IMG/VR virus record: IMGVR_UViG_3300045256_000653
Location: 1 to 64,000 of that record
Reading direction: 5' to 3' (one strand)
Length of the DNA: 64,000 nt
DNA from: a virus
This document shows, one piece after another, positions 31,101 to 40,437 of the stretch. How positions within the stretch are numbered: position 1 is the stretch's first letter; each line of letters starts with the position of its first letter. The notes under the pieces are model-generated. The model saw nothing but the letters and a program-made list of their open reading frames with translations. It made no database searches and was not told where the DNA came from. Both the position numbers and the translations under genes were made by a program.

Positions 31101-33387
31101 TCTTGGCGATCAACGAATCGGCGGTTCCGCCGACGTTGCGACCGTAGAGCGAGAAGTCCTTCGCGACCCGCATGGTTCCGGTCGTCGCGACCGTGGTATC
31201 TCCAGTCGCAAAGAACCGGACGTGATAGTTGCCGGCTGCGTCGCAGATGTTGAACGACGCGCCCTGCGTGTACATCGCGGACGGACCATTCAGGATCAAC
31301 GACCCCGTTTGGGTAACATCACCGAGCGTGATGTTGTCGGCGCTGTCAAGGGACAGCAGGTTCGCGTCTCCAGAGTTGATGGAGTTGCGATTCTTGAGCG
31401 AGAAGTCTTTCGCCGCTCGCATCGTGCCTGCCGATGCAATGGCTGTCCCGCCGCCCGGAGAGAAACGGAGGAATTCCGTCGCCGCCGCCAAGAGTTCGAT
31501 GTGGCCGGCCGCCGACGTGTTGATCGCGACCAGCGTGGGTTGAGCGGAAACGTACGGGAAGGTCGAATTCGGAACGGGGCCGTTGACGCCCGTTTGGACC
31601 GCAGAGGCAATCCCCACGAACTGGCCTACGACCGTCGTGTAGTTGTGAACGTTGTCACCGATCTGAAGCGAGGTATTGTTGAGCGCCTGCTCGATGGTCG
31701 AGAGAACGTTGATGTTGCCCGCACCGGGACCCTGACCGGGAACCGTGTGCGTTTCGATCATGACGTAGCGATTGCCAAGACCGGACCCCGCTGTCGGGAA
31801 CCGTAGAGCGCCCGTGTTCGGCGCGTTGTTGGCGCCGTCCGTCCACTTGATCGCAGCCGACGAAGACACAACGCCGGCGGTTCCCGTCATCGCAACGAGC
31901 GTGTTCGCTGAGGTCGTTCCGGTGACATCCCCGGTGAGCGTCTGCGCCGCTTGGTTGCCGCTGGGGAGGACCCCCGTGACGTAGTTCGCCCCGCCGCCAA
32001 GGTTCACCGGGCCGTAAGTCAGCGCCGAAACACCGCTGACTTGTAGGACGTTGCCCGTCGTGAGGGCGCCGGCAGCGGGGACCGATGCGCCGTTGATCTT
32101 CGCGACGGTCGGGTTGGGATAGGTACCCGAGAGATCTCCACCAGCGGCGCCCGTGGTACCAGAACCGAGCGCGAACCACGTGCCGCCTTCACGGACGTAA
32201 ACGCCGGTCGCTCCGTCCGAACCGTCCGTGCGGAGATAGATCGAACCGTTCGCCGGAGTGGACGCCGGAACGCCCGTGCCGCTCGTCACGGTCGGTTGCG
32301 GATTCGCGAATCCGCCGACACCGAGCGTCGTGACATTCAGTTGGGCTCCGACCGCACGAGCCGCTTCCGTCGATCCGGTCTTGAGCGAGACGTTGCCGTC
32401 CGTGCCGCTTCCGTCCTTGGGACCGCCAGCGATGACGACATCTGCGCCGGCTGCGTTGCTCCCGACCGCTGCCGCTTGGCCGATGAATGACATCGTGTGG
32501 CCGGCACCGGCCACCGCTTGAAGCTGTGTGAGGACGATGGTCGCAGCGGCAACCCAGCGAAGCGTGCCCGGAGTGATCGGGAACGGAGAACCGCCCGAGA
32601 TCCCGGCGACCGTTGCCGAAGACGTCGTTCCAGAGAGATCTCCGGCGAGGTTTTGCGCCGCTTGGTTGCCGGCAGGAAGGACACCAGTGACGTAGTTGGC
32701 TCCGCCCGCGAGATTGACGGGTCCGTACGCTAGTGCGGATGCGCCGCTGACCTGGAGAACGTTTCCGGGAGTGAGAGCGCCCGCGACCGGAACCGTGGCT
32801 CCGTTGATCTTGATGACGGAGTTCGCGTTGAGGGCTCCGGTGACGTCCCCGTTGAGGGAAGGCGTTGCGCCCTTCAAGTAGTCGATTGCGCCTTGAATCG
32901 TGTTGGCGCCGGTCGGAGGACCAAGGAGGCTGTCGTTGTAGTAGAGGACCGACGCGCCCGATCGGATGAGCGGGTTGAAGATCGCGAGCCAACCCGAGAC
33001 GGTGTTCCCTTCGAGGGTCTCGCCGAATGCGCCGACTCGTCGATTGTGCGCCGTCAGAGTGTAGAACTCGAACGTTGTTGCGTTCGGGCCGCCCGTTCCC
33101 TGGACGGTGCTTCGGAGAATGACAGCGCGTCCGGTCGCGTTCGGGAATGTGAATGTGACGACCGTCGAAGGCGTCGCCACCTGGTGCGTGATCGGGTTGA
33201 CCCCCGTGAGCGTCGGAGCCGACGAAAGTTCGTCGATGCCGAAGACTTCCAGGAACCACGTAGTGACACCCGTGGTGTCCGCCAGCTTGACACTGATGGT
33301 GTCATTCGCAGCGACGTTGATTCCGTTCGTCGTCGAGATGAACGGTCCAGCGTTGATCGCTGCAAGGCAGACGGGGGAGACCGGCAT
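28162..33387 (-). CDS. Long tail fibre protein (1741 aa) with internal repeats
   Basis: GDLSGTYPNPTV motif, a duplicated ~75-aa block, four 'ATGANRxG'-like repeats, and C-terminal SDGTDWW. Confidence 0.8.
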   Translation of the reverse strand: MPVSPVCLAAINAGPFISTTNGINVAANDTISVKLADTTGVTTWFLEVFGIDELSSAPTLTGVNPITHQVATPSTVVTFTFPNATGRAVILRSTVQGTGGPNATTFEFYTLTAHNRRVGAFGETLEGNTVSGWLAIFNPLIRSGASVLYYNDSLLGPPTGANTIQGAIDYLKGATPSLNGDVTGALNANSVIKINGATVPVAGALTPGNVLQVSGASALAYGPVNLAGGANYVTGVLPAGNQAAQNLAGDLSGTTSSATVAGISGGSPFPITPGTLRWVAAATIVLTQLQAVAGAGHTMSFIGQAAAVGSNAAGADVVIAGGPKDGSGTDGNVSLKTGSTEAARAVGAQLNVTTLGVGGFANPQPTVTSGTGVPASTPANGSIYLRTDGSDGATGVYVREGGTWFALGSGTTGAAGGDLSGTYPNPTVAKINGASVPAAGALTTGNVLQVSGVSALTYGPVNLGGGANYVTGVLPSGNQAAQTLTGDVTGTTSANTLVAMTGTAGVVSSSAAIKWTDGANNAPNTGALRFPTAGSGLGNRYVMIETHTVPGQGPGAGNINVLSTIEQALNNTSLQIGDNVHNYTTVVGQFVGIASAVQTGVNGPVPNSTFPYVSAQPTLVAINTSAAGHIELLAAATEFLRFSPGGGTAIASAGTMRAAKDFSLKNRNSINSGDANLLSLDSADNITLGDVTQTGSLILNGPSAMYTQGASFNICDAAGNYHVRFFATGDTTVATTGTMRVAKDFSLYGRNVGGTADSLIAKIDPVLGGKRFGDSNDITFLDTSSLMYFGYNSPPYTWYLYNCGVIAVFSSGHSQSLLYPYGSWDYAEDVNPLFRQSQRSGDNATKKTTYQAQDASGTATGANREGGALALLIGANTGGYTSSFGYIEMGVNGDTFATAGYLRWPKTFNIKARNSGNTGNLNVLSVDGTNNVQVGDVSQVSNLSLQGASEVDVLSNGVIAIETPGNMYLDALAHHIRGSTHTEYATFTETGSQLSVGKATEMQIRLAPTVGTPTLFGSLYILSNGTASSATNYTILGDGANSYWNTPGGSGTHYWSVATTAIAQLSGTAAPSLSVGTSSTFQVRIGPNAGAPANYGMLYILNNATANSSTNFTIEGDGTNTYVNAPGGAGHIYTGIGAVLTGDFNASTFDFYLPLRLNSASGTFPAFGNIRSKDSENILAGNYSATDYGLVSWDSGGLILGAKKDFTAPVGSLTLNAVNAVNIACFSGLTHWYILNTGVMQAYNVTIDQVIEKRGQVSNVATKDLIIRGMAPFGSATGANRNPGNVAIDIPAKVGSPGHSGGFNIRYSGTNIITMGEYVDGGTTYGAMWFGNAATAPSSTNWSFLGDGSSTYFNAPSVNMYFGISGTYQMAYVNGSPSTFQLGQSYATPSYLFNMSATAKFRFGVDATSATIIYDKMTSDAATHTLQIAGQDAFTGSTGANRNGGNLWLRPGLHDGAGLDGAIQMGQSNFATIGTATGVSILLPYDSEIRFRNSSNGADIGGIYFTSNNVYIGSYSTGAGFPASIYEVANTSINWNAGGSLLYWNGNNLIFDQGFTEQIYQESRTSDAAVHDFLFHAQSAFASATGTNRNGAYLLLQGGAKATGGVDGGVRLRTGDGTTVLEIKYLNAILSSIISGTESSQQRAFSNNYTVDTTGPDTYLLATADGKNLTLPDPSLWAGRKVIAKSTTGTADSTNLFTLVRTGSGKIEGTAGDMVVSGGPYATLELLSDGTDWWIVRRFNC

Positions 33388-33401
33388 CCGTCACTCCCCC
33401 T

Positions 33402-33737
33402 TCACGGACAGGTTTTCTGGCGCGCCGTTTCGATCTCGTCACACGACTTGATTTGCAGCAAGCAGCGCGGGTTCAGGTAGAGCCCGTTGTTCTGTTGGTC
33501 CTTGCAGAAGTCCGTGCACGACTTGTTGGGGACGTCCACCGGGCCGGGAAGATCCGAGTCGTAGACCGGAGCACCCTCTGCGCATCCGAGACCCCCAGCT
33601 TCGACCGGGCCGATGTGCTGGCACATGGCAGCGCACAACTCCGAATCGACTGGGTGCGGCGGCCGAGGAGGATTCGGCGTCGAGGGCGGGCAGGCGATCA
33701 GCCCGATTGCGAGGATCGCGAGTAGTTGTAGGCGCAT
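33402..33737 (-). CDS. Cys-rich lipoprotein
   Basis: Lipobox LIAC after a hydrophobic stretch, with multiple Cys. Confidence 0.7.
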   Translation of the reverse strand: MRLQLLAILAIGLIACPPSTPNPPRPPHPVDSELCAAMCQHIGPVEAGGLGCAEGAPVYDSDLPGPVDVPNKSCTDFCKDQQNNGLYLNPRCLLQIKSCDEIETARQKTCP

Positions 33738-34882
33738 GGCTCTCGAAGAGAGGGCGCCATAAGGAGAACTTCGGATGCGAGAACCGCTCGAAACGATTCG
33801 ATTTGGTCCCGGTTCATGTCGCGACCGACGCAGTACCACATGAAGGCCTCAGCGAACGCTTCGACCGCGTTCGTCTTGCCGTACTCCGAGACAGGCAAAA
33901 CGCCCTCTTGAAGGTAACCCTCAAACCGCGCTCGCTGCTCGCTGCTCATCCGTTTGAACCAGTAGCGGTGCCCAAGCTCGTGTATGACCGTACCGATGAG
34001 CCTATCGTCAGCCGGAGCGGTGATCGAAACAACATCACGTCCGCTGTGAAACATGCCGGCGGTGGATTGCAGATCCTTGTACCCGGCCTTCTCGTAGTTG
34101 GCCTTGTCCCAATCCGAGAGGTTGTTGAAGTCTGTCGATTGGATGAGAAGGACACCGTACCAAAGATTGCCGAATCCCTTCTTGGTGGTCAGCGTGTGGG
34201 CGATGTCGAGCATGCGGATGTAGGGCCGGATGCGGTGACCGTTCCCTTTGGGGTCGGTCACGACGATCTTCATGTTGCCTAGCGAGAACTCCTTGAACGC
34301 GGGCTCTTCGAAGACTTGTTTCGTTACGTCGAGGCCCATCCCCTTTTCTGTCTGGATTGTCTGTTCGAGACGTGCAGCATCCGCTCGCAGGATCTCTAGA
34401 AGCTTGTCGAGGAGTTCGGTGATGTTGGCTTCACGGTGTTGATTGAGCCCGCGTGTAGGGACGTACGTCGTGAGGAGATCCCCAAACTTCTCCTCGTAGA
34501 GCTTGCGCATCTTGGCGCCTTCCTCTACCGAGAATGTTCCTCGGCCGATGAACTTCGGATCGAGTTCGGCCTCCATCCAATGTCTGGCTCGACGCGTGGC
34601 ATCGGAGATAGCTTCGCGGACGGCCTTGAATGCGTCCTTTGCCTTCTGGCTTTCTGTCATCGAGGGGACCGAAGTGTACGGGCCCCTGCGAACGTAGAAG
34701 ACCTGATCCTCAAGGTTGTCCACGAACGACCGCAGGTGGTCGAACGCTTTCATGATGCCGTCCCACCCGTGGGGCTTGACCTTCAAGAGCGAGAGCCACC
34801 CCCGGCGAACCCCCATGAGCCATTGCTTCGTGAGGAGTTCGGCCTTGAATCGCCGGGCAATGCGCTCTTCGATCGTGTTCAC
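33698..34882 (-). CDS. Zn-metallopeptidase-like protein (HExxH)
   Basis: VIHELGHRYW...SEYG..NAVEAFAEAF. GTG start with the ERIARRF motif. Confidence 0.7.
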   Translation of the reverse strand: MNTIEERIARRFKAELLTKQWLMGVRRGWLSLLKVKPHGWDGIMKAFDHLRSFVDNLEDQVFYVRRGPYTSVPSMTESQKAKDAFKAVREAISDATRRARHWMEAELDPKFIGRGTFSVEEGAKMRKLYEEKFGDLLTTYVPTRGLNQHREANITELLDKLLEILRADAARLEQTIQTEKGMGLDVTKQVFEEPAFKEFSLGNMKIVVTDPKGNGHRIRPYIRMLDIAHTLTTKKGFGNLWYGVLLIQSTDFNNLSDWDKANYEKAGYKDLQSTAGMFHSGRDVVSITAPADDRLIGTVIHELGHRYWFKRMSSEQRARFEGYLQEGVLPVSEYGKTNAVEAFAEAFMWYCVGRDMNRDQIESFRAVLASEVLLMAPSLREPCAYNYSRSSQSG

Positions 34883-34884
34883 GG

Positions 34885-35175
34885 TCAGTGGGGTTCGTGG
34901 GTCTTCATGAGGAATTCGGCGAGCTGCTCGACCCCCGAAACATCCTTCATGTGCTTTTCGAGCATCTTGAGGAGCTGCTCGTTCTTCAACTCGTCCATCG
35001 CCTCGGGATCGTGGTGCTCGAACTTCTCCACAAGGTCGAGGTAGTGGTTCGCAGCCAACCTCATCTGTTGCGCAGCCTTGTGCAGCGGCACCGCGAGCTG
35101 CTTCACCTTGTGTAGGGATTCGCTCACGGGTTTGGTGTCGCTGAAAGCCCGGCGATCGTAGGAGAAAGCGCCCAT
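34885..35175 (-). CDS. Hypothetical protein
   Basis: Helical protein with N-terminal AFSYDRR. Confidence 0.6.
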   Translation of the reverse strand: MGAFSYDRRAFSDTKPVSESLHKVKQLAVPLHKAAQQMRLAANHYLDLVEKFEHHDPEAMDELKNEQLLKMLEKHMKDVSGVEQLAEFLMKTHEPH

Positions 35176-35189
35176 CGTCGATCGCGGCC

Positions 35190-35209
35190 GATAAGAAGAA
35201 CTTCTTATC
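35190..35209. promoter_or_regulatory. Inverted repeat between divergent genes (candidate second promoter class)
   Basis: GATAAGAAG-AA-CTTCTTATC. Confidence 0.45.
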
Positions 35210-35222
35210 AGACCTCATCGGC

Positions 35223-35828
35223 ATGGACAGCCTTGCCCAGCGCGTCGCTCGACGCTTCTTGGCGGACACCCCCGAGGGGGCCGAGATCCGCAAGCGTATC
35301 GAGCAGATCCCGAACTGGGCGTCCTCGGAGTTCCTCCGGAAGATGCACAACATGGCGGGCCGCTACACGCTCTCGCCCAAGCAGATCGCTGTCATCGAGA
35401 GGATCGAGAAAGAACGGGCGGTCAAAAGCCAGCCGGCACCCACAAACGCGGACGTGGTTCTTCACCCGAAGAAGCAATGGGTCGAGCATCACGAGATCGA
35501 GTCGATCATCCAAGCCCTCAGGCAGAAAGCCGTTGTCCGTGTCTTCGACCCCCGCAGCCTCGTGGTCGAGAACACCACCATGCAGGGGTTCTTCATCAAG
35601 GAGCTGGCGAACGACTTCTACGGCGCCGCCGAGGACTACGCGGAGCGAAACGCCGACGAGGATGACGAAGAGAAACGCGAGCGCAATCGCATGGGCCAGG
35701 ACGCGGCGGACGCGGCGGCCCACGAGATGTCTCGCGCCAAGCTCCACGTGAAGAGGGACGGTCAGGTGACCGTGCTCACTTTGACCCCCTCCTACCAAGA
35801 AGTGCTGCACAAGCACCCGTTCCGCTGA
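35223..35828 (+). CDS. Hypothetical protein
   Basis: N-terminus MDSLAQRVARRFLA. Confidence 0.7.
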   Translation: MDSLAQRVARRFLADTPEGAEIRKRIEQIPNWASSEFLRKMHNMAGRYTLSPKQIAVIERIEKERAVKSQPAPTNADVVLHPKKQWVEHHEIESIIQALRQKAVVRVFDPRSLVVENTTMQGFFIKELANDFYGAAEDYAERNADEDDEEKRERNRMGQDAADAAAHEMSRAKLHVKRDGQVTVLTLTPSYQEVLHKHPFR

Positions 35829-35834
35829 GGTACC

Positions 35835-36605
35835 ATGGCTTCGGTTTACGGATACGTTCCCACTCCCAGCTCCGTCAGCTTCAAGACCTACGGAGCGGCC
35901 ATGCCGATGTTCAAGCCCGCGCTCAGCGGCGACATCGACCTCTCGCAATACTGCGTCGCCATGGACCAGTACGAGCTTTCGTCCTGCGTCGGCAACGGCA
36001 CGTGTGAAGCCTTGGAGATGCTCGAATCGATGGCGCACGAGGGGATTCAGGGCTACTCGCCCGTCCTTCTCTCGCGTCTCTTCATCTACAACGCCGCCCG
36101 CGAGAAGGAAGGCATTCTCGACCAGGATGCTGGCACGACAATCAGCACGGCCTTCGACGTGCTCGCGACGCTCGGCGTCTGCCGCGAAACCCTCTGGCCC
36201 TACCAGACATCGCTCGTCTTCCGGAGCCCGTCGATCCTTGCTCAACGCGAAGCCGTTGGGCACAAGATTCACTCGGCCTACAAGATCACTTCGACCGGCC
36301 AAAGCCGCATCGACGACATCATCAGCGCGCTCAGCTCGCGACACCCTGTCGTCTTCGGTACGCAGGTGACGAAGGCTTTCGAGCAGCTCAAAGGCCTCGG
36401 GCCGATGACGACACCCGGACCGAAGGACGTGATTGTCGGCGGTCACTGCATGGTGATCGTCGGCTACCTCGGAGGGAACTTCCTCATCAAGAATTCTTGG
36501 GGGACGAGCTGGGGCCAAGGTGGCCTCTGCATGTTCACGCCCGACTATCTCGCAGACAGCGTGACCCAGGACATCTGGGTTCCCACGCTCGGACCTGTTT
36601 TCTGA
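35835..36605 (+). CDS. Papain-like (C1A) cysteine protease
   Basis: DQ...SSC, GGHCMVIVGY and KNSWG complete the catalytic set. Confidence 0.9.
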   Translation: MASVYGYVPTPSSVSFKTYGAAMPMFKPALSGDIDLSQYCVAMDQYELSSCVGNGTCEALEMLESMAHEGIQGYSPVLLSRLFIYNAAREKEGILDQDAGTTISTAFDVLATLGVCRETLWPYQTSLVFRSPSILAQREAVGHKIHSAYKITSTGQSRIDDIISALSSRHPVVFGTQVTKAFEQLKGLGPMTTPGPKDVIVGGHCMVIVGYLGGNFLIKNSWGTSWGQGGLCMFTPDYLADSVTQDIWVPTLGPVF

Positions 36606-36615
36606 CCGGAGAGCC

Positions 36616-37287
36616 ATGAGCACGATCGCTGAAAAGGTTGCCAAGAGGTTTGCGGACGAGAAGCTTGTTGCGCGTGTGGCGACTCGCTATCGCGTGGCTC
36701 TCGAAGTAGGCCAGGGTGTCTTCACCCAGCATCTCAAGCTCCACCACTTCCACGGCAGTCTCCGCATCACCGACATGACGAATGCCGGCAAGCGGGGCAA
36801 GAAGGTCCGTGAGCTGACCGTCATCCCGAAAACCTTCGCGGACGATCTCTCGGACAAGATCATCAAGCAAGCCGTCTCGGCGATCCTCCACATGACGTAC
36901 GACCAGGCGAAAGATCACCTGGAAGACATCCTCACCCGCGAGGGCCACGAGAATCTCTACTCGCTCGAAGAGCGCGAGCTTCGTGGGATCGACGTCGAGC
37001 CGATGGGCACCAAGATCAACCTGGAGAAGAAATTCCCCAACGGAGAGATCGTCACCATCGAGTCCTCGCCGCACGACTTTCTCGTGGTGGACAGCGTGCT
37101 CATCGAGGCGCCCGGGAAAGCCGCACACGGTCACCGCCAGGACACGTCGTACTGGCCCGTCGCCAAGAAAGACGGCATCACGTTCTACGGCTGGCTCAAG
37201 GACAATTTGAGCAAGGCCGCGAACATGAAGATGATGGAGCTACTCAAGGTTTTCGAGCAGCTCGGCATCCGCTACAACTCTCACTGA
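36616..37287 (+). CDS. Hypothetical protein
   Basis: N-terminus KVAKRF...RVATRYRVA. Confidence 0.7.
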   Translation: MSTIAEKVAKRFADEKLVARVATRYRVALEVGQGVFTQHLKLHHFHGSLRITDMTNAGKRGKKVRELTVIPKTFADDLSDKIIKQAVSAILHMTYDQAKDHLEDILTREGHENLYSLEERELRGIDVEPMGTKINLEKKFPNGEIVTIESSPHDFLVVDSVLIEAPGKAAHGHRQDTSYWPVAKKDGITFYGWLKDNLSKAANMKMMELLKVFEQLGIRYNSH

Positions 37288-37784
37288 CGGCGTAGTTTCT
37301 TCAACGCCATCTTCCTCGCCAACGCTCCCATGCGGTCGAGGGTGAGAATCCCGTCCAAGTGGTCGTACTCGTGTTGGATCGCCCGCGCGAGGAATTCGTC
37401 CGCTTCGATTTCGAAGGTTTCGCCCTTCACGTTCTTCGCCTGAATCTTGACCGTCTGAGCGCGATCGACGTACTCGTAGAGGCCCGGTAGCGAGAGGCAT
37501 CCCTCCTGGCCCCGCTGCTTTCCCTGCATCATGAGGATGGTTGGGTTGATGAAGACGAGAGCGCCGCTCGCATCCTTCGTGTCGGGCCACCAGATGTCCA
37601 CGACGAAGAGCCGGATGTTTTGACCGATCTGCGGCGCCGCAAGGCCGACGCCGTTCGAGGCCACCATCGTCTCGATCATGTCGGCGGCGAGCGCCTCGAT
37701 TTGCCCATCGATGACCGGAACAGCGTCGCACACCTCGTTCAGGCGATCGTCCGGATACTTTACGAGACCGAGCTTGCTCACCAT
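37281..37784 (-). CDS. def: Peptide deformylase
   Basis: GVGLAAPQIG, EGCLS and QHEYDHLDG motifs. Confidence 0.95.
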   Translation of the reverse strand: MVSKLGLVKYPDDRLNEVCDAVPVIDGQIEALAADMIETMVASNGVGLAAPQIGQNIRLFVVDIWWPDTKDASGALVFINPTILMMQGKQRGQEGCLSLPGLYEYVDRAQTVKIQAKNVKGETFEIEADEFLARAIQHEYDHLDGILTLDRMGALARKMALKKLRRQ

Positions 37785-38009
37785 GGATATTACACCGGTT
37801 CTCCGCCGAGTTCCCGGGCGATACGCATGATGACGGCTTCCTCGTTTGGGGAGGCGACGATCACGTGGACCTTGTTTCCGTCTCGGAGGCAAGGCGCACC
37901 ATAGGTGAATGCGGCCCTGCGAATGAAGAGTTTCACCTGCTTGGCCGAGCCGAAGAGTACAGCGAAGGAACGAGCCCGGCCCACAACAAGCCGGTGTAAC
38001 AAGTGCACG

Positions 38010-38636
38010 ATGACCGCTCAAGGGATCCTCAGCGATCTGGCTATTTGCAGGGCTATCGAACTCGGACACATCCGTATCGATCCCTTCAAGCCGGAGCACG
38101 TGAACCCCGCGAGCTACGACCTCACGTTGGGCAAGCACGTCGGCACGTACGATCGGTGGGTATCGCAAGTCCCGTTTTACCAACACGATCCCATGGATGG
38201 GAACACGTTTCTCTTGCGTAAAGACATGGTGCTCGATGTCCGCGACAAGCCCACGTTCTCAACGCAAGAGATCGATCCAGAAGTGGGGTGGGTCCTCAAA
38301 CCGGGCATCGGTTACTTGATGCACACGGAGGAGAGGATCTGGACCGAACGCTACGTCCCCATCGTGGACGGCAAGTCGAGCATCGGACGCCTCTTCATCC
38401 AGATCCACGCAACGGCAGGCTACGGGGACCCGGGCTTCGATGGCCAGTACACGCTCGAAGTTCTCGTTGCACATCCCGTCCGCGTCTACCCGGGCATGCG
38501 AATCGGGCAGATCCGATTTCACACGCTCGCGGGGGAAGTAGGTACCAACTACAAGGCGACCGGCAACTACAAGAACCACGACGCCATCGGGCCGGTCCCC
38601 TCCAAGGCGTACAAGCAATTCGAGAAGAAGACATGA
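38010..38636 (+). CDS. dcd: dCTP deaminase
   Basis: ILSD, NPASYDLTLG, GKSSIGRL, AGYGDPGFDGQYTLE and IGQ motifs. Confidence 0.92.
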   Translation: MTAQGILSDLAICRAIELGHIRIDPFKPEHVNPASYDLTLGKHVGTYDRWVSQVPFYQHDPMDGNTFLLRKDMVLDVRDKPTFSTQEIDPEVGWVLKPGIGYLMHTEERIWTERYVPIVDGKSSIGRLFIQIHATAGYGDPGFDGQYTLEVLVAHPVRVYPGMRIGQIRFHTLAGEVGTNYKATGNYKNHDAIGPVPSKAYKQFEKKT

Positions 38637-38908
38637 TCGACCCGTTCGTCATTGCCATCCTTTTCCTTGCGATCTTGGGAGTCGCCCTGTGTCTGGAATG
38701 GGTCATCCACCAGATCACCAAGTTCGTCTTCCGCAGGGTCATGAAGGGCTATCCCCACAAGACCATGAAGAAGGCTGACGTGGACGCAGTGCTCCGGGAA
38801 CACTGGGAGAAGCAAGGTCTCAAGATCGAGATCATGGAGCGCGTCGGAACCGAGATCCTCATTTGGGGCGAAAGGCCCGACGAAGACGAGGAAAAGTCAA
38901 CCGACTAG
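38633..38908 (+). CDS. Small membrane protein
   Basis: ATGA overlap and an N-terminal TM segment. Confidence 0.55.
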   Translation: MIDPFVIAILFLAILGVALCLEWVIHQITKFVFRRVMKGYPHKTMKKADVDAVLREHWEKQGLKIEIMERVGTEILIWGERPDEDEEKSTD

Positions 38909-38970
38909 CATAGTTACAGGATCCGGTGTATGTACCATTTGATCCGGCCCTCCCCGGTTGTACATCCACC

Positions 38971-39666
38971 ATGGACGCTATCAAAGTCGGTGTTGGCACC
39001 AGGTTCCACTCGATCCTCATGGACGGAAACCCTCTCTGGGAGGTGACCCGTCCCCGAGGGAAAGGCGTCTGGGAAGCCAAGGTCGTCGAATCGCTCGACC
39101 ATCTCGGAACGAAAAAGGTCTTCACCACGGAGGGAATTCGCCGATCCGTGGGCATGGAACGAATGTTCGTGGCGAGCGCGAGGGACTCCAACAAGTTCTA
39201 CGCGGACAACCTCGGCAAGGTCATTCACTACCACAACTCCTTTGGCCAGTTCGTCCGCTGCCTCGTCGTCATGGGGACGACGGTCCACAACAAGGAGCCG
39301 CACCCGTGCGCGAAACCGATCGCGCTCGTCGGCAAGTGGGGCCCCAACGATCTTCCGAAACGCCTTCCGAATGGCGAGGTTCGCCTCGGTTATCATGCCG
39401 AAAGCATCGCGAAGGGTGAATGCTTCGAGCCCCATTCTTCCTGCATCTACGAAGCTGGCGGTAGGAGCGCTCAGGGTCACGGTGACCCGGCCGGGATGCC
39501 CGAGATCGATCTCAGCGTCCCGCCGATCACGTCGGAGCAAGAGAAGCAAGCGCGCCTGTGGAAGGCCACGGAGGCCGCCCGCGCTGCACTCGACGACTAC
39601 AAGGAAGAGGATCCGGCCGCGCGTCTTGCGAAGGCGCTCGACATTATCAAAGGAGCCCTCTCGTGA
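38971..39666 (+). CDS. Hypothetical protein
   Basis: Long ORF in the gene run. The start is uncertain. Confidence 0.65.
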   Translation: MDAIKVGVGTRFHSILMDGNPLWEVTRPRGKGVWEAKVVESLDHLGTKKVFTTEGIRRSVGMERMFVASARDSNKFYADNLGKVIHYHNSFGQFVRCLVVMGTTVHNKEPHPCAKPIALVGKWGPNDLPKRLPNGEVRLGYHAESIAKGECFEPHSSCIYEAGGRSAQGHGDPAGMPEIDLSVPPITSEQEKQARLWKATEAARAALDDYKEEDPAARLAKALDIIKGALS

Positions 39667-40037
39667 AGACCATCCTCATCATCGATGACGAGCCCATGAT
39701 TCGAAGGGGGCTGGTACGTCTCTTCTTCAGGGAGGGTATGGCCGGCCTTCTCACGATTCGGGAGGCGTCCAACGGCGCCGAGGCCCTCAAGATGCTGGAG
39801 GACGGTCTTGTGCCCTCCCTGATCATCTGCGATCTCGACATGCCCGTGATGAACGGCGCCGAGTTCATGCGTCGCCGGGCCAAGACGGCCTTCGCGACCA
39901 TCCCCCTCATCCTCCACTCGGGAAACCCCGACGTTTTCGTGCTCGCTGATGAATTCGGGGTCGGCGCCTTCCACAAGGGCGACCCCATCCCGGAACTCAA
40001 AGAGCAGATCGCTGCGGCCCTCGAAAAGGTCGTTTGA
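39663..40037 (+). CDS. Stand-alone response-regulator receiver (CheY-like)
   Basis: ILIIDDE, DLDMPVMNG, S and K at conserved positions. Confidence 0.88.
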   Translation: MKTILIIDDEPMIRRGLVRLFFREGMAGLLTIREASNGAEALKMLEDGLVPSLIICDLDMPVMNGAEFMRRRAKTAFATIPLILHSGNPDVFVLADEFGVGAFHKGDPIPELKEQIAAALEKVV

Positions 40038-40065
40038 TCACAACCCCCAAACTTGTATGTGAGAC

Positions 40066-40437
40066 ATGCTCAGGAAATTTCGCTACGAGGCAAAAGCAGT
40101 CTTGAAGCTCACGCGAGCGGCCCATGCCCATCTCATGGACATGTCCCAGCGTCACTACGACATGAAGTGCAAGGGAATCAGCTCGCCCGGCATCGGCAGC
40201 TTCCTCTACGGGTGGGGCGCCGAGTTTCGTGACGTAAGTACGGAGTCGGACACCATCGAGGTCTTCGCGAGGGCGCACGAGTTGGACACCCTCTGCAAGA
40301 TCATGGAGCTTCCGCCTGCGGACCCGGATCTCCGCAAGGCTCTACAGACCGCGCTCGAAGAGACGATCGCCGAAAACCTTCGCGTGAACGGCGGACCGCC
40401 GTTCCCCACGCTCAAGATCAAGAAAGGGGACGAGTGA
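40066..40437 (+). CDS. Hypothetical protein
   Basis: Coupled to the next gene. Confidence 0.6.
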   Translation: MLRKFRYEAKAVLKLTRAAHAHLMDMSQRHYDMKCKGISSPGIGSFLYGWGAEFRDVSTESDTIEVFARAHELDTLCKIMELPPADPDLRKALQTALEETIAENLRVNGGPPFPTLKIKKGDE

